Assembly (NCBI GenBank): GCA_951406725.2
Contig: OX597830.1
Location: 66,092,001 to 66,156,000 of the forward strand
DNA from: Octopus vulgaris
Taxonomy: Eukaryota
Direction of reading: 5' to 3'
DNA length: 64,000 nucleotides
Position 1 is the first letter of the stretch, and each line of letters begins with the position of its first letter. The notes below the pieces were generated by a model, which had not been told where the DNA came from, searched no databases, and worked only from the letters and a program-made list of their open reading frames with translations. Made by a program: the position numbers and the translations under genes. Positions 12,180 to 23,939 of the stretch are shown in pieces.

Positions 12180-13395
12180 CATCATCATCATTTAACGTCT
12201 TTTGTCCATGCTGGCATGGGTTGGATGGTTTGACCAGGGTTGGCAAACTAGAAGGCTGCACCAGACTCCAGTCTAATTTGGCATGGTTTCCATAGGTGGA
12301 TACCCTTCCTAACACCAACCACTCCAAGAGTGTAATGAGTGCTTTTACATGTGTGACACCAGTATTTGCCACGACAGTAATTTTACTTGGTTTGATAGGT
12401 CTTCTTCTCAGGCAAGACATAACGCTAAAGGTTTCAGCGGTTGCCTCCATGAGGCCCAATGCTCAAAAGGTGCTTTTTAAATGCCACCGGCATGGGTGTC
12501 AGTTACAGAGCACCAACATGAACCACAGCTATGATTTTACTTGACATGTTTCCTCAAATGCAGCATATTGCCAAAGATCTTGGTCACTAGTCATTGCCTC
12601 TGTGAGGCCCAAAAGTTCAAAGATCATGCTTCACCACCTCATCCCATGTCTTCCTGGATCTACCTCTACCACAGGTTCCCTCCACCGAGATTGGCACTTC
12701 TTTACATATCTGTCCTTGTCTATACACATCACATGACCATACCAGTGCAGTCATCTCTCTTGTACCCATCTGATGCCCACTTTTCTCTCAAGATGCTTAC
12801 ACTCTTTCGAACATGTACATTGACATTGCACATCCAGTGAAACATACTGGCTTCATTTCTGTCAAGCCTACGCATGTCCCTAGCAGTCACAGCCCCTATT
12901 TCACTGCCATGTAGCATAGCTGTTCACATACAGGCATCATACAATCTGCCTTTCACTCAGAGAGAGACCTTTGTTGCCAGCAGAGGTAGGAGCTCTCTGA
13001 ACTTTGCCCAGCCTAATCTTATTCTCACAGCTATGCTCTCAGAGCATCTCCACCTCTGCTACTAACTTGGCCACCTAGATAACAAAATGCTATCTACTAC
13101 CTCTAGCTTACCCCACTGGCAGTTTGGAGTTTATTTTCTGCATATTTTCAGTGTTTATTTACCTGTGCCTCTTCCACACACAAAAGCTATTTGCCCTGTT
13201 AACCTTCCTCTGATATTATTGCACCTCTTATGTATCCAAAACTTACACTGGGTGCATCTTATGCAGTTTCTACCTATGCCTTTTCTACAAATCGAGCAGG
13301 GCTGTCTACCTGAAGGGATTTGTGATTTGTCTGCCTTCTTACTTATTAAGTTTGAACAATACCTTAGTTTGAACGAGGTTGATAGAGATTGTATG
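12180..13395 (-). mobile_element. 5'-truncated, decayed RTE-clade LINE (RT C-terminal half plus 3' UTR)
   Basis: Minus strand reads ...YLGGQV...RIRLGWAKFRELLPLL...KGRLYDAC...MLHGSE...RRLDRNEASMFHWMC, with stops and frameshifts. The 3' UTR ends in (ATG)n and matches the many short (CAT)n-tailed fragments. Confidence 0.85.
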
Positions 13396-13407
13396 TGTGT
13401 GTATAAA

Positions 13408-14316
13408 CAGGGTGTTCAGGCCAAAATAAAACACAGTAGCCTATCCAAAAATGAAAGTATTTTAAAACTCCAAGGATATGGCGGTGCCCCAGCATGGCCA
13501 CAGCTCATGAGCTGAAACTAGAATCAATCATATCAACTAGATTATGGCTGGGAGATAATAGTTTACTCAGTATAGTTGCCCTCAGCTTCCACTAGAGCCT
13601 CAAGGTCATTTCAGAATCTAGCACAAGTGTTCCTCAGTGTGTCCTTGGGAAGATCTTCAAACACCTGACCCCGGCCACCAGCTCGGCCCTGGTGTTGCAG
13701 GCAGAGTAGTTGGTGCCTTTCTCAACCACACCCCAAACATAGTAATCCACAGGAATTAGGAGGCCAGAAATTGGAATTGGCAAAGTAATAGAAATTCTTT
13801 GACAACCACTTCTGACTCTCTCTCCAGAGGTATATATAGCAAGGAGCTGAATCTTGTTGCTACCCATATGGCCTTCCAGCAGCAACCCTCTCCAGCCAGT
13901 GCTTGACCAGAGTCTCCAGCAGTTTCACACAGCCATCTGAATTGACTTTGAGACTCCATTCAAAGATACTTGGTGGTATGACATCACCACCACTACAGAC
14001 ACACCCAAAGACCATCATAGTCTGAGAGAATTTGTTTTTCATGACGACCATGTAACATCTTTCAGCCTTTTTAGTGTTCACGGAGCATTGAGCAGCAGTC
14101 ATGATATCAGCATTTTGATACCTGACACGGGTCATGATACAGGTAGCTCTTTTCAAATATTCAGGTGGCTTCCAGTCATGCATGTCAGTTAACTTTTTCT
14201 CATCTATTACTTTAATCTCTAAGCTCATCATTGCTGTTTACTGTTCACCAATACATCAAGCTGCCCCTTAAAAAAAGGAGACATAGAAAATCATCAAACT
14301 TAGTTCAAACCCTCTG
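13408..14316 (-). mobile_element. Tc1/mariner-superfamily transposase remnant (maT/DD37D-like)
   Basis: Minus strand gives MVFGCVCSGGDVIPP, QQDSAP and FWPPN..DYYVWGVVE across frameshifts (ORFs 13860..14231, 13634..13885). Terminal cagggtgttc at 13408. Confidence 0.8.
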
Positions 14317-15446
14317 TGTATGTGTGTGTGTAATCATCATCATCATCATCATTTAACATTGGTTTTCCATGCTTGCATGGGTTGGACGGTTGGACAAGAC
14401 CCAGCAAGCCATAGGGTTTGGCATGTTACTATGACTTGATGCCCTTCTTAATGCCAACCACTGTACAGTTTGTACTGGGTGCTAGTGAGGTAACCATGCA
14501 GCTTGCAATATAGAATAGGGAAAACAGAAAGGAAAAAAAGAGAAAAAGAACCCATGACTAAAATTTTTTTAATTATTATTCCAGCAAGTAATAGATAACT
14601 TTAGATATGTTTCGGTATTATCAGACCTTTTCAGTAAAGTATAGACTTCACTATATTTACTAAAGTAGTAATGAGGAAATCTCTAAGTAAATGTACAGTG
14701 TGTGTACACTTAGCTAGTACAAAATAAAGTTTATAGTTTAGAGAGTGAATTTAGTCAGCAACGTCATTTGTATGGGAAAAAAATAGTTATGTTAGTTTTA
14801 ACATATTTGACACAGTGAACATGTATTATAAACTGGACAGTTTGATTGTTAGAGAGAAAGGGAGAGATGAGCAAATATTTTAACAGCTGTTAGAATTTTT
14901 AATTAATTACTGTTGTTAATTAATTCACCTCCTTCAGTCATTCCTTATCCAGGAAACCTATAATCAACAATGTCACAGCTATTACTCTTTTACTCTTTCA
15001 CTTGTTTCAGTCATTTGACTGCGGCCATGCTGGAGCACCGCCTTTAGTCAAGCAAATCGACCCCGGGACTTATTCTTTTGTAAGCCCAGTACTTATTTTA
15101 TCGGTTTCATTTTGCCGAACCGCTAAGTAACGGAGACATAAACACACCGTCATCGGTTGTCAAGCAATGCTAGGGGGACAAACACAGACACACAAACACA
15201 CACACGCATATATATATATACATATATACGACGGGCTTCTTTCAGTTTCCATCTACTAAATCCACTCACAAGGCATTGGTCGGCCCGGGGCTATAGCAGA
15301 AGACACTTGCCCAAGATGCCACGCAGTGGGACTGAACCCGGAACCATGTGGTTGGTAAGCAAGCTACTTACCACACAGCCACTATGATCATTCTAACTTT
15401 CGTAGAATATTGGCATGTGACTCAACTATCGTAGATATTGTATATT

Positions 15447-15690
15447 CATCATCATCATCATCGTTTAACGTCTGTTCTCCATGCTAGCATGGGTTGGACA
15501 GTTCGACCGGGGATCTGGGAAGCCAGACGGCTGCACCAGGCTCCAGTCTGATCTGGCAGTGTTTCTACAGCTGGATGCCCTTCCTAACGCCAACCACTCC
15601 GTGAGTGTAGTGGGTGCTTTTTACGTGCCACCGGCACAGGTGCCAGGCGAGGCTGGCAACGGCCTCGATCGGATTGGTGCATTTTACGTG
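15447..15690 (-). mobile_element. (CAT)n-tailed RTE 3'-end fragment (representative copy)
   Basis: catcatcatcgtttaacgtc...ccatgctagcatgggttggac...ggatgcccttcctaacgccaacc. Copies in both orientations, e.g. 6644-6970, 17944-18110, 21791-22135, 23449-23900, 26577-26885, 44200-44540, 62915-63218. Confidence 0.85.
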
Positions 15691-18600
15691 AACCAGTCCA
15701 CACCACCACCACCACCTCTTTAAAGGCAGTTGGTAAGATGGGATTTGAGATTTTGGTTGCTATATCTAGCAAGTCATGTGACCACTTAGAGGCTTTCTCT
15801 TTGCTGTTAGCTTTTAGTCAGTATTATAAACTGGTAATCACTTGTCCCTTGTGAAAATTTATCAGAAAGATTAATAAAATACATTTCATTGTCAAAAGTT
15901 TGACTGATTAGTTTATAGTACTTCATTTGTTGTTGTCTGACTTGGCTCTTCAAAGTTCAAATTCTAATCCGGATTGGCATTATCTTTTGTATTGTATCAA
16001 GTCAGTAATAGACAACCTGTGCTGAAGAATAGTATTGAGAATTTGGAAGCGAATGTCATAATCTTTCTAGCTCTACGTAGTGGAGGCACTTGGCTTAGTG
16101 GTTAGGATGCTGGGCTCTTGATCATAAGACAGTGGTTTCAGTTCCTGGACTGGACGATGTCTCGTGTTCTTGAACGAAAAACTTAATTTCATGTTGCTGG
16201 TAAAAGTGAGTAATCTTGTGATGCACCAGTGCCCTGCCCAGGGAGGAATGCATGCACCAGAGTAACTAGGAAACTAGACCTCTGCTCCTCACAAAGTAAT
16301 GTGGACTAACCCACTAATATTGAAATTACATGCTCCAATATGCTGCATAGACCTAACTCACTCTCTCTCATACAGTCCCATCTCACATGGTTGTCTTTTG
16401 TCCCCGGCTCTTGTAATCCCTACCTCTCATAATCCCCTTCTCTCACGGACCCTGTATCTCAAAACCCTGTCTTCCAAAACTATATCACTAAGCTCTAACA
16501 ATAGTGGGATTCAGGGTTTTTGTTTTTATAAGTTAGTTAAAGGCACAGGTGTAGCTGTGTAGTAAGATACTTGCTTCCCAACCACATGGTTCCAGGTTCA
16601 GTCCCACTGCATGGCACCTTGGGCAACTGTCTTCTGCTACAGCCTTGGGCTGACCAAAGCCCTGTGAGTGGCTTTAGTAGATGGAAACTGAAAGAAACCT
16701 GTTACATGAAGGTATGTGTACATGTGTGCATCTTTGCATCTGTGTTTGTCCCCATAACCACACTTAACCAGTGTTGTGTCTGTGTGTTCACATCCCTGTA
16801 ACTTAGCAGTTCAGCAAAAGAGACCAATAGAATAAGTACCAGGCTTTAAAAGGAAAAAAAATAAGTACTGGAGTCAATACATTTGACTAAAAATTCTTCA
16901 AGGCAATGCTCCAGCATGGTCACAGTCTGATGACTGAAACAAATAGAAAATAAAAGATAAAAAGAGGAGAAAGAGCTTCTGCGACTGAAGACAAAAAGAG
17001 AAGAAATCACATCATAGGTTACTCTTGGAACTGAGATCTACCATATTTTAATAGGGGCTTAAAATTTGGAAAAAGGGATTTATAAGGGATTATAATACTA
17101 TCCATGTATAAGAAACTCTTATATTTTTTAACTTAATTTTTGACAAAAAAAAAGGTTCCTTATACCCATTAAAATATGGTAATTTAAATGCTTGCTGCAG
17201 AATGGACTTTACTAAGAGCCAGATAGATAGTGGTGTTCTTAACCCTTTAGCATTTAAACTGACCATATCTAGCGAAAATGTTCTATTTTATTTTATGATC
17301 AAACCAGCAAGATCCAGCCTCTCACACCTACTCTACAATGTCATTCTGAAAATAAACAAATCACACTATTGAAATCTCAAAGTTATGCAATAATGCATGA
17401 TTACTTGAAAACCATCATCATCATCATCATCATTTAATGTCCATTTCCTCTGTTGGCATGGATTGGATGGTTTGAGAGGAGCTGCCCAGGGACCATGTCT
17501 TTTATGGCATGGCTTCTACGGCTGGACGCTTTTTGTAACACTAACCAGCTTACAGTGTGTACCGAGTGCTTTTACACAGCACTGGCATGGGTGCGTCTAC
17601 ATGGCACCAGCACCTGTAAGCCTGCAAGATAGGAATGTTCAGCTGGAGCAGGGATGCAGGGGACAAGCCTGTATGCAAGGACAACCACACTTAGCTTGGC
17701 ATGTCTTTTTCAAGCCTAGCAAATTGCCAGGTGTCTCAGTCTCCAGTCATCCCCTCTGTGAGTCCCAATGTGTCTGTGAATTCTTTCTCCCCACTTCATC
17801 TCATATCAAGCATTACATCTGACACAGAATGCTTAAGGGTGATTGATTAAGGATACCAGCCATTGAATAGGCTTCTGCACAGTTTCCTTGTTGACTCAGT
17901 TTTATTCACAGCTTGGGTCAATTCAAGGCTATTGTAATTGACAAAGCACCCACTACACTCATGGGAGTGGTTGGCGTTAGGAAGGGCATCCAGCCGTAAA
18001 AACATTGCCTGATCAGACTGGGCCTGGTGCAGCCTTCCGGCTTCCCAGACCCCAGTTGCACCATCCAACCCATGCCAGCATGGAAAGCGGATGCTAAATG
18101 ATGATGATGATTTGCCCGAAACCCCATGTGGCAGGATTGAACCCAGGATCATGCGATGACAAAGTGAAATTCTGAAACAGCACATCACGGCACCATGCAT
18201 GTGCTCCGTTAAGTAACAAAAGCAAACAAATAATTAATTATACTTTGCTCTCCCTCGACGAGTGGTATCTTTCTGTGGTATTTATTGATCTGTTTCTCAG
18301 ACAGACAGACTGTGATAGGAAGAATGAAGCTGAGATAGAATACAAGCCATCAACCTTTCTGCTAGTAAGCAATGTTATCAACTCAACTATCTGATACTAT
18401 TATTTTATATGACAGTTTTTTTGAGTTTTTTTTTTTAAATATTTTTTTTTGTACTTTTTCATTATTACCCTGCCTCACGTCATGATGACATACAGACGTA
18501 CCTCAATATATATCAGTAATTGATTCCATGCCATGTGACTTAAATTGAAAAATTATGTAACACAGAAAAACATTTTTTTTTTTTAAATGTATTAGTTCAT

Positions 18601-18971
18601 ATCTATTTTAATAAATGATTGATTCATATTTTTGTATGTATTTTTATTTATTTGATTTGTTTTTTTTTTCACTTCAGTATTGGTTCTTAGATACTTTTTT
18701 TTTTTTTTTTAATTTTTAAGCTTTTAAATATGTTTGCTGAGACTGCCATAAAATAAGATGAATTAACTGAAGCTGAGTTTTATTTTTCCCATTAATTTCT
18801 TAAACAAATGCAGGTTTAGACGTGTGGTAAAGAAGCTTGCTTTCCAACCACATGGTTCTGGGTTCAGTCCTACTGCATGGCACCTTCGGCAAGTGTCTTC
18901 TTCTATAGCCTCAGGCTGACTGAAGCCTTGTGAGTGGATTTGGTTAATGGAATTAAAAGAAGTTCATCATA

Positions 18972-19012
<41 letters not shown>

Positions 19013-19468
19013 CTGTGTGTGTGTGTGTATATATATGTGTATGTATACATATATATATATATGTGTGTGTGTGTATATATATATATATGTGTGTGTGTGT
19101 GTGCACGCATGCCTTTGTATTTGTGTTTGTCCTCAACCAGTGTTGGTGTGTTTATGTCGCTGTAACTTAGCTGTTCAGCAAAGGAGATCAATAGAATAAA
19201 TACCAGGCTTCAAAAAAAAATAATAATGTGCTGGGCTTAATTCATTTGACCAAAAATTCTTCAAGTCAGTGCTCCAGCATGGCTGCAGTCTAATAAATGA
19301 AACAAGTAAAAGATAAAAAATATATATAAAAAAAAACAATATAAACTTGGAAAAGGTAACTCCAAATGATATAAATTAACGTATACCTGTATAAACTGTT
19401 GTTTTACCTTGTTATTCCCCCACATTACAAAAATTAAGCAAAACTAAATGAGAAAAGACTTCCTGTAA

Positions 19469-19965
19469 TCTCTCTCTATATAAAGCCGAAGTTGTCTGTG
19501 TATGGCAGATTTGGTAGCCTTCAACTAACACTATCTCCTCCGAGACCCTCAGTGCAAGTTGACCAAAATTGAGAGTATGATAGAAGAAGGCTTACTCTTC
19601 ATCATCATCATCATCATCGTTTAGCGTCCGTTTTCCATGCTAGCATGGGTTGGACGGTTCTACTGGGGTCTGTGAAGCCAGAAGGCTTCATCAGGCCCAG
19701 TTACATTTCGTATAAAATAAAATTCAAATCAGACCATATTAAGACCAAAAATTATTTACATCAAAAAGGTGCTTTTTTTTCTATGAAAATCCCTATTTTT
19801 TACGATTTTTTTTACTGCTCTGTCGCCATTTTTCAGTGTATTTAAACCAGAAAAATGTTCACGTAAAGGGAATAACAAGCTACATAATGCAAAATTTTTA
19901 CTTTTCAAAAACTCCAATTCTAAAGGGCCGAAACAAACCTGAGCATCACCGGGCGATACTGCTAG
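19469..19965 (+). mobile_element. Non-autonomous Helitron
   Basis: 5' end A|TCTCTCTCTATATAAAG; subterminal hairpin cctgagcatcaccggg; 3' end CTAG|T. Confidence 0.85.
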
Positions 19966-22616
19966 TTAAATTATAATTTACGAAGAATTCATTTGGAATC
20001 TTTGGCATAATGACCTGCATCATGAACGAATAATTTCTTTTTATCTTTTACTTGTTCCACTCATTGGACTCCAGCCATGCTGGGGTACAGCCTTGAAGGG
20101 TTTAGATGAGCGAATCAATCCCCATACTTATTTTTTAAGTCTGATACTTATTCTAACAGTTCCTTTTACCAAATAGCTAAGTTACAGGAATCTAAACAAA
20201 CCAACACCGGCTGTCAAGTTATGGTAAGGGACAAACACAGACATGACACACACACACATAAATGACAGTTCCACATAGTTACCATTTATTAAATTCACTC
20301 CCAAGATATTGTTTAACCCTGAGCTATGGTAAAAGACACTTGCTCAAGGTACCATACAGTGAGAAACCCATAGCATAGGGTCATAAGTACACAGCAAGAG
20401 GTATAACCTTCTCACTGCTTCTTTGCAGGGCTGTCTTAACAGCATTATAAACCCTTGGGCAAATCAATGCATTGATCCCTAAAGTATCTATTTATTGGCA
20501 ACAAGTCACAGTATACATAGATCAGAGTCGGGCCTGTAGACCTGTGGAGCTTCTGGGCTACTGCCTTAAGATGGCATTCCTGCTTTGTCTGGTCATCAAC
20601 CAACTTTCAGTTTTCCACCAGCTTCCTTCTCTGTTCATTCTTGGATGTAGCCCAAAGCATCCACTTCATAGCTTTATAAATACATTTTTTACTAGGCAGC
20701 AGGAGTGGGATGGGCATGTTCTTTGAGAGATTCTTTGAAAATTATTGAACATAGGTGCAGGAATGGCTGTGTGGTAAGTAGCTTGCTTACCAGCCACATG
20801 GTTCCGGGTTCAGTCCCACTATGTGGCACCTTGGGCCAACCAAAGCCTTGTGAGTGGATTTGGTAGACAGAAACTAAAGGAAGCCCGTCGTATATATATC
20901 ATCATCATCATCATCATCATCGTTTAACATCCGTTTTCCATGCTAGCATGGGTTGTGTGTGTATATATGTTTGTGTGTCTGTGTTTGTTCCCCCAACATT
21001 GCTTGACATTGCTTGGTGTGTTTACGTCCCCGTAACTTAGTGGTTCAGCAGAAGAAGCCGATAGAATAAGTACTAGGCTTACGTAGAATAAGTCCTGGGG
21101 TCGATTTTGTTGACTAAAGGCGGTGCTCCAGCATGGCCACAGTCAGATGACTGAAACAAGTAAAAGGAGAAAAAGAGTAAAGAGAATAGAATTCTCAAGA
21201 ATTATTTAAAAAAGAAAAAAACAAGCAAACAAACAGACAAACAGTGCCACTGTCTTTTATTATTGAGTAGATGTGATTTCTGATCTGTTGAAATAGCAGC
21301 TAAATTTTTCATGAATCACATCAAACTATGTATTCTTGTCTACCCCTACTCGAGCACCCAACCCCAAAAATAGAATTGAGAAAACTAAAACGGAAAAAGC
21401 CATACTCAGAGATATATAAAATGACAGGATAGTCATGGCTGGAACAGATTTGATCATAGCACATGACCTGTGGCTAAACATTATTTCCCAGTATCTCTCG
21501 ATACATTTTAAATCAGACTGGAGAAGAAAATAGATATCTGTTTATTACATGTTAATGCTCTTCTCCATCTCTTACCCTTTCGGTCTCTGGAGGAGATAAG
21601 CAAGGCTTTTGACTATTTGCTGCTGTTGTCTCTGTCATCAAAATATTTAACATGCCATCAGCGTATCAACACAAGTAGGTTGGAGTAATGTTTACATGAA
21701 GTAAGTCAAGTGAATCTGTGGTACGAATTTAAATATGTAAGTTAAGAGTTGATGCATCAAATGATGTATGCAAAATAATAATAATAATAATCATCATCAT
21801 CATCGTTTAACATCCGCTTTCCATGCTAGCATGGGTCGGACGGTTCAACTGGGGTCTGGGGAACCCGAAGGCTGCACCAGGCTCCAGTCAGATCTGGCAG
21901 TGTTTCTACAGCTGGATGCCCTTCCTAACGCCAACCACTCCGAGAGTGTAGTGGGTGATTTTATGTGCCACCGACACAGGTGCCAGACAAGGCTGGCGAA
22001 CGGCCACGCTCGGATGGTGTTTTTTATGTGCCACCGACACAGGTGCCAGACAAGGCTGGCAGACAGCCACGCTCGGATGGTGTTTTTTATGTGCCACCGA
22101 CACAGGTGCCAGATGAGGCTGGCGAGCGGCCACGAATAATAATAATAATAATAATAATGGTTTCAAATTTTACCACAAGGGCGGCAGTTTTGAGGGAGGG
22201 GATGAGTCGATTTCATCAACCCGTGTTCAACTGGTACTTATTTCATTAAACAGGAGTTTGGAACATAACTTAGCAAAAAGGGTTCTCACGTAAAATCATG
22301 ATGGGGGATTCTAATTCAAATACGAGCACTTTAAAATGTGATTTTATCATAGAACCAGAGGAGGAGGAGGTGGTGGTAGTTGTCATCGTCATCATCTCGA
22401 GCAGATTGGTATCAAAAGGGGTCATAAACTTTGCTGTGTTTATAGTTTGATCTATGAATCTTATATCTAAAGCTACATGGTTATATAATAAACTAAAAGT
22501 AAATATGCACAACTTACTCTAATAATCACTTTTTAATCAATATCAAGAAAGGAAGTATATATGATATCATCATAAACTTTTATCATCATCATTTTTAGGC
22601 TGTACAGGTCACAGCT

Positions 22617-22655
<39 letters not shown>

Positions 22656-23898
22656 ACATAACCATATTGATTTCTGTTCATCAAGATATTGGTCTTCGAC
22701 CCATAAATTTTATAATTCACACCCACACCTATTTTCCAGGTGATGTTTTGTTTATGCTACACCATCTTGCCTACAGTATTGCTGTTTGTTATGTGCGGAA
22801 GGGATTTTCTGTTTCTTTGGGGTTTTTTTGCATCTTCAGTTAAGTACTCATGTAGCAACCTAATATCAATTTAAGCACTTTCCATTAATGACTCACCTTC
22901 CTACTTCGGTATATCTTCTGTCTCCTACTCGTGTCAGTCATTGGACTGCAGCCGTGCTGGGACTCCGCCTTCAAGGATTTTAGTTGAACAGATTGACTCC
23001 CCGGTACTTATTCTTTAAGTTTGCTATTCATTCTACTGTTCCCTTTTGGCAAACTGCTGAGTTATGGGGACATAAAGAAACCAACAACCATTGTCATGTG
23101 TTGTAGAGGAGGGACAAACACAGGCACAAAAACACACACACACACACACACACATACATATTCTATACCTCAATATATATATATATATATAATTAAGAGT
23201 GAAAGATATTATCTATATTAAATCATACAGAAAAAATTTTAATTTAAATTTTTTCTATATGATTTATAGATAATATCTTTATAATTATAGATAATATATT
23301 TCACTATTGAATTACTTAATAGAGGTTATTTCTCTCAATTATATACATGTATTATATATATTGTGAAATTTGATTTAGAATTGTTAAATTTAATTTTTCC
23401 TTGTCAGTTTGGAATTATATTCCCTATTATTATTATTATTATTATTATAGCCTCGCCTGGCCCCCGTGCCGGTGGCACGCAGCACCATCCATTCGTGGCC
23501 GTTGTGAGCCTCGCCTGGCCCCCGTGCTGGTGGCACGTAAAATCACCATCCGTTCGTGGCCATTGCCAGCCTCGCTTGGTCCCTGTGCCGGTGGCACGTG
23601 GAAAGCACCACCCGATCGTGGCTGTTGCCAGCCTCTCCTGGCCCCCGTGCCGGTGGCACGTAAAAAGCACCATCCGTCCGTGGCCGTTTGCCAGCTCCGT
23701 CTGGCACCTGTGCGGATGGCATGTAAAAAGCACCCACTACACTCATGGAGTGGTTGGCGTTAAGAAGGGCGTCCAGCCGTAGAAACACTGCCAGATCAGA
23801 CTGGGCCTGATGCAGCCTTCTGGCTTCACAGACCCCAGTTGAACCGTCCAACCCATGCTAGCATGGAAAGCGGACGCTAAATGATGATGATGATGATG

Positions 23899-23939
<41 letters not shown>

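Noticed and set aside
18301-18364. Possible extra exon (ttctcag|acag...ctgcta|gtaagc), with a CRE-like tcacgtca motif near 18476
   Set aside because: No recognisable similarity to CED-6/GULP, and its open frame ends in phase 0 rather than the phase 1 required. The motif is too short to support a regulatory call.
22298-22450. ATG-initiated reading MMGDSNSNTSTLKCDFIIEPEEEEVVV
   Set aside because: Low-complexity sequence ending in a stop, with no convincing phase-compatible donor or homology.
23191-23310. AT-rich palindrome as a structured RNA
   Set aside because: Almost pure A/T beside a (TA)n tract, with no ribozyme core or other motif found.
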